Of a stretch of 64,000 nucleotides of DNA, positions 38,925 through 48,284 are shown one piece after another. The DNA is from Candidatus Heimdallarchaeum endolithica (GTDB taxonomy: Archaea > Asgardarchaeota > Heimdallarchaeia > Heimdallarchaeales > Heimdallarchaeaceae). Each line of letters starts with the position of its first letter. The first letter of the stretch is position 1. The stretch covers positions 672,001 to 736,000 of the forward strand of contig CP084167.1 of assembly GCA_021513715.1 (NCBI GenBank), read 5' to 3'. The notes beneath the pieces are model-generated. The model was not told the origin of the DNA. It worked only from the letters and a program-made list of their open reading frames with translations, and did no database searches. A program made the position numbers and the translations under genes.

Positions 38925-39965
38925 GCTATAGGATTAGGAGGAGAAATAATACCTGACATCAAGAGCAATTTCAAAAAACTAATTGAAATATTCGCAGAAG
39001 CTCCTGACGATCTTGTAAAAATAGGAGATACAGCCTTTTTCATGGGTTATATGGATAATATTTATTCTAGCCAGTTTTGGACAATAAAAAACTTCGTTAA
39101 AGGAAACAAAAAAAATTGGAAAAAAGATTTTATAAAAATAGCAATAAAAGCATATTCAAAAGCTCTAGATAATATTATTCCATCAGTTAACCCAGTAAAG
39201 TACGGTTTGCTAATAAACGATTTAGGAGTATTTTACTTATTTCTGTCAGAATTAGAGCAAACTAAAAAACACACTATAGAAGCAATCAAAAATTTACTTG
39301 ATGCAAAAAAAGCATTACCTTTAGAGTTCTTTAAAACAAAACATAGTGATATTTGTTATAATTTAGGACTGGCTCATTTATTTTTGTCTAAAATAGAAGA
39401 AAAAGAAGAAAATATTAAACAAGCTATTCTAAACTTTAACGTTGCTCTGCAAGGAAGAACGTTAAGAATGTATCCATTGAAACATGCTATAACACAAGTC
39501 AATCTAGGAATTGTCTACCAAAAATTAGCTGAAATCGAAGAAACCTCTTTAAATTGTACATTAAGTATAGAATCTTATAACAATGCTTTGAGATCCAACA
39601 CTCTAGACGTCATGCCAACAGAAGCAGCGATGATATATAACAACATAGGTCTATCTTATTGCACTTTATCTGATGTACAGGAAACAGAATACAATATTTC
39701 ACAAGCTTTAATTGTTTTAAATGATGCTTTGACCATCAGAAATGAAGCACAGTTTCCTGTTGAATATGCAATTACAACAAGTATTTTAGGAAAAGCTTAT
39801 ACAATTCTAGCAACAGTAAAAGAAAAAAAAGAATATTATGAAAAGGCAATATCAGCATTTAATAAAACAATTAAGATATTCATCAAGAAATATGAAGACT
39901 TCTACCAAGCAATAATACAAGAAAAAGAAAAAGTAGAAGAGAAACTAAAAGAAATAGCGCAATAA
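38883..39965 (+). CDS. TPR-like domain, 3' half of the interrupted gene (called TTG start lies inside the element end)
   Basis: Repeats such as HAITQVNLGIVY and AAMIYNNIGLSY. Confidence 0.7.
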   Translation: MYKKLTHEEEYLINAIGLGGEIIPDIKSNFKKLIEIFAEAPDDLVKIGDTAFFMGYMDNIYSSQFWTIKNFVKGNKKNWKKDFIKIAIKAYSKALDNIIPSVNPVKYGLLINDLGVFYLFLSELEQTKKHTIEAIKNLLDAKKALPLEFFKTKHSDICYNLGLAHLFLSKIEEKEENIKQAILNFNVALQGRTLRMYPLKHAITQVNLGIVYQKLAEIEETSLNCTLSIESYNNALRSNTLDVMPTEAAMIYNNIGLSYCTLSDVQETEYNISQALIVLNDALTIRNEAQFPVEYAITTSILGKAYTILATVKEKKEYYEKAISAFNKTIKIFIKKYEDFYQAIIQEKEKVEEKLKEIAQ

Positions 39966-40091
39966 TTTTCTTTTTTTTAATTACTAAACCCTTCTAGAAA
40001 AATCATTTATCTTATTTGAATCCTACCTAATTTTCTATGTTAATTTTTACTTATATTTATAAATAAAAACATACTATATTTTATTGCTAAA

Positions 40092-42092
40092 ATGAAAAGT
40101 TTTTTACCAAAATTTGTTCTCAATGAAATTGATATATATTTAGAAGATTCTCAAAAGACTATTTTAGAAGAGAAAATAGAAAATATTGTTAGTAATGTTT
40201 CAGATTATGATTCAATTGCTAAAGATGTTACTTCTTTTCTTTTAGAAATGGATATCAGTGATTTAACAATATATGACAAAATGCTTGTAATTACTTCTGT
40301 ACTATTGAATTATTGGAAAAAAGATTATTCTTTTATTTTAAAAATTTATGAGAAGTTTCATTCTACAGACTTACCACTCAGTGTAAAAATTTGTTTTCTT
40401 CTAATTTTCCAAGAATCTTTTGATTTAGACAATTTTAACTTTTGGAGAGAGGAAATAGAGGAACATATAGAAAATATAACTAATACTGCTGAAAAAGAAT
40501 TTCTTAGCACTGCTATTGAACAATTTGCTTCTAAGCTTGAGCAGAGACCCGAGGTTGGTTATCGTTCAATGAACCAGCTTATTCGTTCTCTTGAGGAGAA
40601 TGAGCAAATCTCTTATCAGTATCCTTTTGTTTTTGAAGCTTTAGAGCTTGAACTTATTCAGTATTCTAACATTTTAGCTGATGAAGTTTTTTCTGAAATC
40701 TGGGTAGAATCTGCTAGAAGAAGAGCTGAAGTAATGGAAAACTATGGTATGTTAGTTCAAGTCAACAGCCTTATTGCTAGTATTTTAGTTAAAGAGTATC
40801 ATCTAGAAAAAGCTAAAGAAAAGATTGAAGAAGGGTTGGAGATCGCTAAGAAGATCAATTCACCTATTTTAGCTGCTCAGATTGAATTAAGCAATGCTTT
40901 ACTATTGAAAATGGAAGGTAAATTGAATGAAGCTTTAAAGCTGTATGAAGAAATAGCCAAAGTCAAGAATCTTCCTCAAACTTTTCAATTGGATATTTAT
41001 AGCAAAATAGGTGAGATTTATCTTAACAAAGATGAGATAATTAAGGCTGAAGAATACTATCTTAAAGCTCACAAGATTAATAAGAAACTTAATTATTTCA
41101 ATCCTCTTGTTGAAATAGTTATAGGTTACATAAATTTGCTTTTGGAGAAAGATGAAGGAGAAGCTTTAGACAAAGGGCTGAAAATAGCAGAGGAACAGTT
41201 TGATTTTTCTTCAATCCCTTACTACTATTTTTACAAGGGTATTTATGAACAACAAAGGGTCAATCTGACCTTATCTATCGAATATCTTGAAAAAGCATTA
41301 AACTCTTTTGAGCACCAAAAGAACTTTGAAGGTATTGTTTATACTAATGGTGCATTAGCAGAGTCTTATCTTCAAATTTACAAACTCCTTCATGATGACA
41401 AATATTCTTCTCAATTTCTTTACTATATTGACAACCTTATTGAAATATTAAAGGAATTAAACAATCCTCTATATGTTGAAGCTATAAAGACTAAAGCTGG
41501 TTATTATTTGGATAAAGGTTTAATTAAAAATGCTGAAGATTTATTTATTGATGGAATAGAATTTGCTAAAATTCGCAGGTTAAAAGAGGAAGAAGAAGAA
41601 TTAAAGGAATCACTTACTAATAAAAAGAATTTATCGAAAATAACTTTAGAAGGAACACAAATTCTCTTTAGGAAAATCAGAATGTTTAGTTTTGGCAAAC
41701 ATAAAACTGTACCTACTAAATTATACTTACTTTTAGTAATAAATGAAGCAGGTATTCCTCTTATTTCTCACTCATTTACTGAAGAGGAAATGATAGATAA
41801 GGTATTAGTTTCAGGTCTAATTTCAGCTATAATTAACTTTTCTTCTGAAGTTTTAGGAAAAGGAGAAGAAACACTGAGATCTATTAATCATGAAGGAAAA
41901 GCAGTTATTGTCGAAAAAAGAGGAAATGTGATGGGTATTTTAGTTGCTGAAGATGAAAATTTTGAGATGAGACTTGAACTTAGACAATTTCTACAGAGAG
42001 CTTTAGATAAACTGGTTTCTGAGCAACCTATTGTTAGAGAAAACGATAGTGAAATAATATCTATTATAGAAGAGGTTTTTGAGAAAAAATAA
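40092..42092 (+). CDS. TPR/helical protein with C-terminal longin-like domain
   Basis: TPR-like helices; LVINEAGIPL...LVSGLISAIINFSSEV. Confidence 0.75.
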   Translation: MKSFLPKFVLNEIDIYLEDSQKTILEEKIENIVSNVSDYDSIAKDVTSFLLEMDISDLTIYDKMLVITSVLLNYWKKDYSFILKIYEKFHSTDLPLSVKICFLLIFQESFDLDNFNFWREEIEEHIENITNTAEKEFLSTAIEQFASKLEQRPEVGYRSMNQLIRSLEENEQISYQYPFVFEALELELIQYSNILADEVFSEIWVESARRRAEVMENYGMLVQVNSLIASILVKEYHLEKAKEKIEEGLEIAKKINSPILAAQIELSNALLLKMEGKLNEALKLYEEIAKVKNLPQTFQLDIYSKIGEIYLNKDEIIKAEEYYLKAHKINKKLNYFNPLVEIVIGYINLLLEKDEGEALDKGLKIAEEQFDFSSIPYYYFYKGIYEQQRVNLTLSIEYLEKALNSFEHQKNFEGIVYTNGALAESYLQIYKLLHDDKYSSQFLYYIDNLIEILKELNNPLYVEAIKTKAGYYLDKGLIKNAEDLFIDGIEFAKIRRLKEEEEELKESLTNKKNLSKITLEGTQILFRKIRMFSFGKHKTVPTKLYLLLVINEAGIPLISHSFTEEEMIDKVLVSGLISAIINFSSEVLGKGEETLRSINHEGKAVIVEKRGNVMGILVAEDENFEMRLELRQFLQRALDKLVSEQPIVRENDSEIISIIEEVFEKK

Positions 42093-42098
42093 ATGAAA

Positions 42099-44069
42099 TT
42101 ATGAAACTAGTGGTCTAATTTGGTATTTTAGACCTATAATTTTCATTATATCCACAGCATCTTCAATTGTGTTTGCTGATATTTCTAGTTCCTCAATAAT
42201 TTGGTCTATATAGAGTATTTCTACTGTACTCATTTTTTCTGTTTCAGGGAGAAGTCTTTCTAAAGCATTGTGATTGTTAATATCTAACTCATGTTCTATA
42301 GCATGTACATCGTTAAATATTGGATGAGAAGCAAGAGGTTGAATACACACAACTTCCAAAACTTCTACTGATTTGTCAATTAAATCACAAAGTAAATCAC
42401 ACTCTTTTATCAAGTATTGAGAAAAATAGTCATCTATTTTCTTTCTGGGAATGTATAGAATCTTTCTTAGAGAGCGCAAGATATAACCTATAGCTTTATC
42501 GAGTGTAGTAGTAAGTTTATAGAAATGGTAATCATCAGGAGCAGGTCTAACACTACTATACATTACCTGGGTGACTTTAAAAACAAGGTCATCAGCAAGC
42601 CTTTCCTCTTTTTTTGCTGCCATCATGAGTTTAATTGCTTGTTCTTTATCGCCATCCAAATATCTCTTAAATGATTGAGCTAACAAATGTATTGTTTTTT
42701 GAACTTTCTCTGCATGCTTTATAGAATGAGAGGCTTGTACCCATCCAGGTCTGGTTTCTATAGCTAAGATAGAAAAAGAAAAACCAAGAATGATTAATAG
42801 AGTTCCTGCAAACAAGAATGGAAATTTGAAAACATTACTGACTAAACTATCGCCTAAAAATTGTAGAACATCAATATTTACAACAAGACCAGCCAAACCA
42901 AGAACAATTAAAGGTCCAGTAAAGTAACCAGAATCTAAAGACGATCGATAAATACCTATACTTTTTTCTCTTTTTATTATAGGAACAACATCTTTTGTAA
43001 TACTTGGAAGTGAAGGATAATAAAGAGATGTTCCTAGTCCAGCAAGTAAAGTTAATAATACTACAACTCCAAAAAGGTCAGTAAAAACGATTAATATAAT
43101 GCTTGTTCCTGCTAATAAAAAACCAAGAATCATTGGTGTTTTTCTTCCTATTCTATCACTCAATTTTCCAGTAAAAGGCATCGTAGTTGACCAAGCTAAA
43201 GTAAAAACTGAAGTAGCTATTCCTATCTGGACATTAGAAAAACCATAAACAGTTGATAATAGTAGAGGAAAAATCAAAACCAGAATACTGTCAGTAATTC
43301 TAGATATGTGACCTCCTAAATTAGCCAATATTAAAGTTGGTACTCTAAAAATATTTTTTGTACTCCATCGACTTTCGACTTTTGTAGCGTCTAAAAGTAC
43401 TGAATCTTTTGTTCCTGCAACTAAATCAGTTGTTTCTACTTTCTTAATAAATATGAAACCAAAAGCTAGAGCAATTCCTGCAATTATTAAAGCAAAAATA
43501 AAAGTCTCTGCAAACCCCAGGTTATTTGCTATTACACCTGCTAAGAAAGAACCAAGACTTGAACCTAAATAAACAGAGAATTCCATTGAACCAACAGAAA
43601 AAGCTGCTCCTTCATATCCTGCTATATCAGTAAGAGCTGACATTGTAGAAGTAAAGAGTAAACCTAATCCTCCTCCAATAAATGCATTTCCAAGGGGTAA
43701 GGCCCACAAGTTTCTTGAAAAAGCTAAAGCAAAAGATCCACAAAGTACTAAAATCAATCCAATCCTAATTGTCCACTTTCGTTGATATTTACTACTTATT
43801 GTAGCACTAAAGAAACCAGCTATTCCTTTAAAAAGCCCATAAGCTATAACTGCTGAGGAAATTTGGAGGAAAACAATGAAACTTCTTTGAAAATTTTCTT
43901 GTGATTCAAATAGAGGAAAATTTGTAAATGATTCTCCAAAAAGAGATAGTGAAGTTCTTTGTACTCCATAAGCAATACCAGCAAAAAGTAAAACTGTAAT
44001 AATTGGTCCCCATTTAGAAATACTGCGTAAGAATGAGAAAGATTCTAGCTTTTTTTCTTTTAGTTCCAT
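42099..44069 (-). CDS. MFS transporter fused to a DUF47/PhoU-like domain
   Basis: GKLSDRIGRK; C-terminal EERLADDL...LDKAI...EHELD...ANTIEDAVD; ATG 44069 preferred because it avoids the overlap. Confidence 0.78.
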   Translation of the reverse strand: MELKEKKLESFSFLRSISKWGPIITVLLFAGIAYGVQRTSLSLFGESFTNFPLFESQENFQRSFIVFLQISSAVIAYGLFKGIAGFFSATISSKYQRKWTIRIGLILVLCGSFALAFSRNLWALPLGNAFIGGGLGLLFTSTMSALTDIAGYEGAAFSVGSMEFSVYLGSSLGSFLAGVIANNLGFAETFIFALIIAGIALAFGFIFIKKVETTDLVAGTKDSVLLDATKVESRWSTKNIFRVPTLILANLGGHISRITDSILVLIFPLLLSTVYGFSNVQIGIATSVFTLAWSTTMPFTGKLSDRIGRKTPMILGFLLAGTSIILIVFTDLFGVVVLLTLLAGLGTSLYYPSLPSITKDVVPIIKREKSIGIYRSSLDSGYFTGPLIVLGLAGLVVNIDVLQFLGDSLVSNVFKFPFLFAGTLLIILGFSFSILAIETRPGWVQASHSIKHAEKVQKTIHLLAQSFKRYLDGDKEQAIKLMMAAKKEERLADDLVFKVTQVMYSSVRPAPDDYHFYKLTTTLDKAIGYILRSLRKILYIPRKKIDDYFSQYLIKECDLLCDLIDKSVEVLEVVCIQPLASHPIFNDVHAIEHELDINNHNALERLLPETEKMSTVEILYIDQIIEELEISANTIEDAVDIMKIIGLKYQIRPLVS

Positions 44070-44174
44070 AAAATTATTCAGGAAAAATGAATAATAAAGG
44101 TTGTTATTTGAATTAAATAAAGTACACAATATTACAATAAATTTAAATTTACCCAAGAGTTTGCCAAACAGAAA

Positions 44175-45002
44175 ATGATTAAACAAAAGAAGAAAAAAGA
44201 CTATTTTGTGAGAAAATTCTCTCTTAGCAGACAAATTCTGGCTGATTATAATGATGTTGCAGCTACTTTTCCTAGAGTTAGAGGGCAGTTAGAATATGAC
44301 ATAACAAACGCAAAAAGAAGAATAGAAGAAATAAAAAAAATAGATAAGTATGATGTTTCTTACACTGCTTGGATTGCAAAATGTATTAGCAGAGCAGTAA
44401 AGGAAGATTTAAGGTTTAATTCCTATAGAAAAGGTAGAAAGATAATCGTTTTCAAAACTGTAGATATTAGTATAATCGTAGAGATTACAACTAAAGAAGG
44501 AAAAAAAGTACCTTTTAATTATGTTATTAGAGACGTAGAAAATAAGAGTGTAAAAGAAATTACAGAAGAAATTCGTGCAGTACAAAAAAGAAAAATAGAA
44601 GAAACTGAACAACTAACAAGAGATAGTTCAAGTAATTTTTCTTCTCTCTACTTGTTGATTCCACGCTTTATAAGAAAAATGGTAATTAAATCAATATTGA
44701 AAAACCCATTTAAACTAAGAAAACTAATAGGAACTGTAGGAATAACTTCTTTAGGGATGTTTGTTCAAAATTTTGCAGGATGGGCGATTCCTTTTGCTGA
44801 TAAGACCTTAAATGTAGCAGTTGGAGGCATGAAGAATTCTGTAGAACTAGTAGAAGGAGAATTAAAAGAAAAAACACTACTGTGTGTAACCTTTCTTGTT
44901 GATCATAATCTTATAGATGGAGCCCCAATAGCTAGATTTGTTGCTAGGGTGGGAAATTTAATGAAAGATGCTTCTTTTCTTGAAGATATAAATAAACCCT
45001 AA
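44175..45002 (+). CDS. 2-oxoacid dehydrogenase E2-like acyltransferase, catalytic domain only
   Basis: GTVGITSLG, DHNLIDGAP; no lipoyl domain. Confidence 0.85.
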   Translation: MIKQKKKKDYFVRKFSLSRQILADYNDVAATFPRVRGQLEYDITNAKRRIEEIKKIDKYDVSYTAWIAKCISRAVKEDLRFNSYRKGRKIIVFKTVDISIIVEITTKEGKKVPFNYVIRDVENKSVKEITEEIRAVQKRKIEETEQLTRDSSSNFSSLYLLIPRFIRKMVIKSILKNPFKLRKLIGTVGITSLGMFVQNFAGWAIPFADKTLNVAVGGMKNSVELVEGELKEKTLLCVTFLVDHNLIDGAPIARFVARVGNLMKDASFLEDINKP

Positions 45003-45204
45003 CTTCAATTGATAATATATTAAATCTATTCTTTTCTCTTCTTTTTCATTTTTGTTCTTCATTTAGGACTTCTTCAGCTAATTGATTTTCTTAAAAACTA
45101 AGATTTTCATCTTATTTTTTTAACGTCAAGTATTTGTAAAAAAGAAACTTTAATATAATGATTACTGGATAAAGTTACAATAACAAACTTGTTAGGAGAA
45201 CATA

Positions 45205-45882
45205 ATGAATAAAAAGTACGAAGACGTTTTACATTTCAATCAGAAACAAATAATGGTTTTAAACGAGAAACAGACAGAATTAATTCGAGACCCCCAATAT
45301 TCTCCAATAACAAGAGTTCTTCGTTCTGGCCCATTAACTGTTCAAGAAATAACAGAAGAATATAACAAACTTATTCTATTGAATTGTCAAATCGATACAG
45401 AAAATAATGGTGATTTTGAGAAATTAAAAAGGTCTGAGAAATCTATATACAGATATCTTCGTGATCTTGAAGAATCAGGATTAGTAACAGTAGCAGGTCA
45501 AAGAGTTATTTTTGGTCAAACTGCTACACAAAAACTATGGTCGAGAACAGCTAAAATTTTTGTTTTTAAAACACAAACAGTAAATTTCTGGAAAACAGAA
45601 GAAGGATTAAAATTTGCAGAGAAAATTAATGATTTATTGCATATTATTTTTGAAGATTATGATAAAGAGTGCAAATATACTCAAGAATTATTAATAAAAT
45701 TGAATAAAATAGCTGAAGAATCTATTTTAGAGATTTTTACTAAAAATCCAGAAAGAATCGATGAAATAATTGGAAGTTGTGATTTCGAAGATCTGAATCA
45801 TATTCTCAAAGAACTTCATCTATTAATTTTATTGTTGAAAAAAGATGAGGTTGAAGCTTTGTTACAAAGTTGTTTTGATTAA
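45205..45882 (+). CDS. ArsR-like winged-helix regulator
   Basis: LRSGPLTVQEI...SEKSIYRYLRDLEESGLV. Confidence 0.75.
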   Translation: MNKKYEDVLHFNQKQIMVLNEKQTELIRDPQYSPITRVLRSGPLTVQEITEEYNKLILLNCQIDTENNGDFEKLKRSEKSIYRYLRDLEESGLVTVAGQRVIFGQTATQKLWSRTAKIFVFKTQTVNFWKTEEGLKFAEKINDLLHIIFEDYDKECKYTQELLIKLNKIAEESILEIFTKNPERIDEIIGSCDFEDLNHILKELHLLILLLKKDEVEALLQSCFD

Positions 45883-45893
45883 TTTAAACGATT

Positions 45894-48116
45894 TTAACCT
45901 AGAACAAGTTCTTTTTTTGGTTTTGATTTTTGTTTAACCTTTTTTACTTCAATAGTTTTTTTCTCTGCTTTATTATCTTTTTTTTCTTTCAAATCTTCTC
46001 TTTCTTTATTTAGGACTGGTTTTACTGTTTCTTCCTTTTCTTTAACAACGGAAACTTCTTCTTTTTTTGTTTTACATTCTTCTTCTGTCTGTATTTTCTT
46101 TATTTTAGTTTCTTTTTTATCAAGAACAAGCTTTTCTGATTTTTTCTCTTTTTCAAGGTCTTTTGTTTTTATTAATTCTTTCTTTTCTTTAGCCTTTAAG
46201 ACTTCTTTCTCCATTTCTTTCTTTTCTTTTTTCTTAACTTTTTTTTCTACCTCTTCAACTACCCTAATATGCATTTTTTCTTTTACTTTTTGATAGAGTT
46301 TAGTTGACCAAGGTAATGCCTTTTGAATTGAAACACTAGAGAGAGAACGAAGTATTTCTGTAACAAATTTTTTTTGTATTTCTTTATTTCCTGCAAGCTT
46401 GTTATATGCATTTAGTAAAACTGAATAAATATATTCTTCATCATCATAAAGAAACAAAATATCTCTAATAACATTTGAAAGATTTTCGTTTTTTTCAAAT
46501 TGAAAAATATTTTTACAAATTATATCCTCAAAAGATTTTTTAAGAGCTAAACGGTTTGTTTTCTCTGTTTTTAGATCAAAGCATAATTGAATGCTTTCTA
46601 TAGTTAAATCTTGTAATGAATTCGAAATGAATCCTTTTTTTTGACTTAAAACAGAGTTAACAGCATTCAGGAAGTTTGAACTTAAAGTTTCTGAACTAAT
46701 CGACATTAATTCATTTCTTTGTTTGTTAAAAACTAATTCACTTTTTAAATTCTGTAGTATTACTATTACTTCTTCTACATCAAAGTTTTTTGCTATTTTG
46801 CTCTTAATTGATTCTTCTGAAAAAAATAGTGAATATTGATAAAATTTTTCGCTTAACTCTAGCAATTTAGAATCTTGATTTTTGTTCATATCTTTTAGAT
46901 TCATTGAAATAGCTACTAACAATCCTTGAATAGTTTTTTCTGTTTTTTTCTTTTCTTCATCTTTTGAAACTTGAAGCTTTAGTAGCATAACAATTAGCTT
47001 TTTAATTTGTAAAACTACTAGCTCTTTCTCCTCTAATGATAAATCTGACAACTCTGTATCTACTGCAATTAATGATTTGTCTAACAATAAGTTTAAGTTT
47101 TCCTTTGTTTTTGAACTAACTTGATTTTCCTTATCTAAAGTATGAAAATAAGCAAAAACACTTATTGAAAATAAATCTACTTTTTCTTCTAGTCTATTCA
47201 GGAAAACTTCAAAGTTGTTTATTATTTTTTCTAATTTTTCTTCAGGTTTATCTTGTTGTTCTAAACCTATTTTAAAACTATTTAAGTAATCCTTAGAGCA
47301 TTTTGAAGAAAAAACATACATAATAGTTGGATAAAAAGTAAGATATCTAAGTAGATCTTTCTTAACCATCCTAATATCAAAAAAATATTCAGATTTACTC
47401 ATAGAAAGTGAAAAATTGGTAAGAAATTGTGCTTTTTCTATAGGTAAAAATCTTAAAAGATCATTTTCTAGATGCTCAAATCGTATAAGTTTTCTTCCAC
47501 AAGAAGGACATTTATCTTCGATTGTTATTTTTTGTCCACAGATTGAACATAAAACAGTCTTTTTTCTTAATTGCACTCCACATTGATTACAATAATTACT
47601 GTCTGGATGATTAGAAGAACCACAATTTAAACATTTAACAACTTTAAAGGCTGGTTTTTCTTTTTGTTCAAAATGTTGCTCTTTCTGCATTTGTTCATTA
47701 CTATTACTTATCTTTAGAATGCTAAATTTTAATCCACAATATTTACAAAAGCGAGCATTGGGAGGGTTAACAGTCCCACAGTTCGAGCATATCAATACGT
47801 TTGGTTCAGTTTTTTTCTCACCTATCTTTGCTCCACATTGTGTACAAAAAACAGCGTTGATTTTTTGTTTTGACCTACAAGAAGGGCACTCTTTTGTTTG
47901 TAAAACAGCTATATTATTTGTGTTTCTTTCGTTTTTAAAATTAAAACCACATTTAGAGCAAAACAGAGCCTCTTTACGAACATATTTCTGACAAATAGGA
48001 CATTGTTTAAGAAGTGTATATTCAGAAGGAATGTCAATCTTATGTCCACAATGAGTACAATAAGAAACTTCTTGTTTATTGAGCAACCCACAACTATTAC
48101 ACATCTTTTTTATCAT
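45894..48116 (-). CDS. Multi zinc-ribbon (DZR) protein with helical core and K/E-rich tail
   Basis: Twelve CxxC pairs in the N-terminal ~210 aa. Confidence 0.8.
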   Translation of the reverse strand: MIKKMCNSCGLLNKQEVSYCTHCGHKIDIPSEYTLLKQCPICQKYVRKEALFCSKCGFNFKNERNTNNIAVLQTKECPSCRSKQKINAVFCTQCGAKIGEKKTEPNVLICSNCGTVNPPNARFCKYCGLKFSILKISNSNEQMQKEQHFEQKEKPAFKVVKCLNCGSSNHPDSNYCNQCGVQLRKKTVLCSICGQKITIEDKCPSCGRKLIRFEHLENDLLRFLPIEKAQFLTNFSLSMSKSEYFFDIRMVKKDLLRYLTFYPTIMYVFSSKCSKDYLNSFKIGLEQQDKPEEKLEKIINNFEVFLNRLEEKVDLFSISVFAYFHTLDKENQVSSKTKENLNLLLDKSLIAVDTELSDLSLEEKELVVLQIKKLIVMLLKLQVSKDEEKKKTEKTIQGLLVAISMNLKDMNKNQDSKLLELSEKFYQYSLFFSEESIKSKIAKNFDVEEVIVILQNLKSELVFNKQRNELMSISSETLSSNFLNAVNSVLSQKKGFISNSLQDLTIESIQLCFDLKTEKTNRLALKKSFEDIICKNIFQFEKNENLSNVIRDILFLYDDEEYIYSVLLNAYNKLAGNKEIQKKFVTEILRSLSSVSIQKALPWSTKLYQKVKEKMHIRVVEEVEKKVKKKEKKEMEKEVLKAKEKKELIKTKDLEKEKKSEKLVLDKKETKIKKIQTEEECKTKKEEVSVVKEKEETVKPVLNKEREDLKEKKDNKAEKKTIEVKKVKQKSKPKKELVLG

Positions 48117-48205
48117 ATAGACCCAGCACTAATTTCTATTTAGAATAAAACATGCAAGTATATATAACTAGTTTTTTTATAATTATTCAAAAATTAAAAT
48201 TCTTA

Positions 48206-48245
48206 TTGTACAGCTGTTTGTACAGTCCTTTTTTCTCTCTGTACA
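48206..48245 (+). promoter_or_regulatory. Repeated TGTACA boxes upstream of a TATA-like sequence
   Basis: TTGTACAG at 48206 and 48218, TGTACA at 48240, TTTATATA at about 48250. Confidence 0.35.
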
Positions 48246-48284
48246 AAGTCTTTATATAAATACAATGAAAATCCAAGACAAAAT

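Larger units (their letters stand above)
35608..39965 (+). pseudogene. Reconstructed gene of about 855 codons (repeats-HTH-TPR) broken by TAA 36952 and the 37114-38904 insertion
   Basis: Frame stays open after the TAA up to CAT 37114 and resumes in frame at CAT 38901 (SLPH|EEEYLINA). Confidence 0.7.

Noticed and set aside
44070-44234. N-terminal extension of the MFS-DUF47 ORF
   Set aside because: It overlaps the divergent gene and reads like AT-rich intergenic DNA; ATG 44069 is more plausible.
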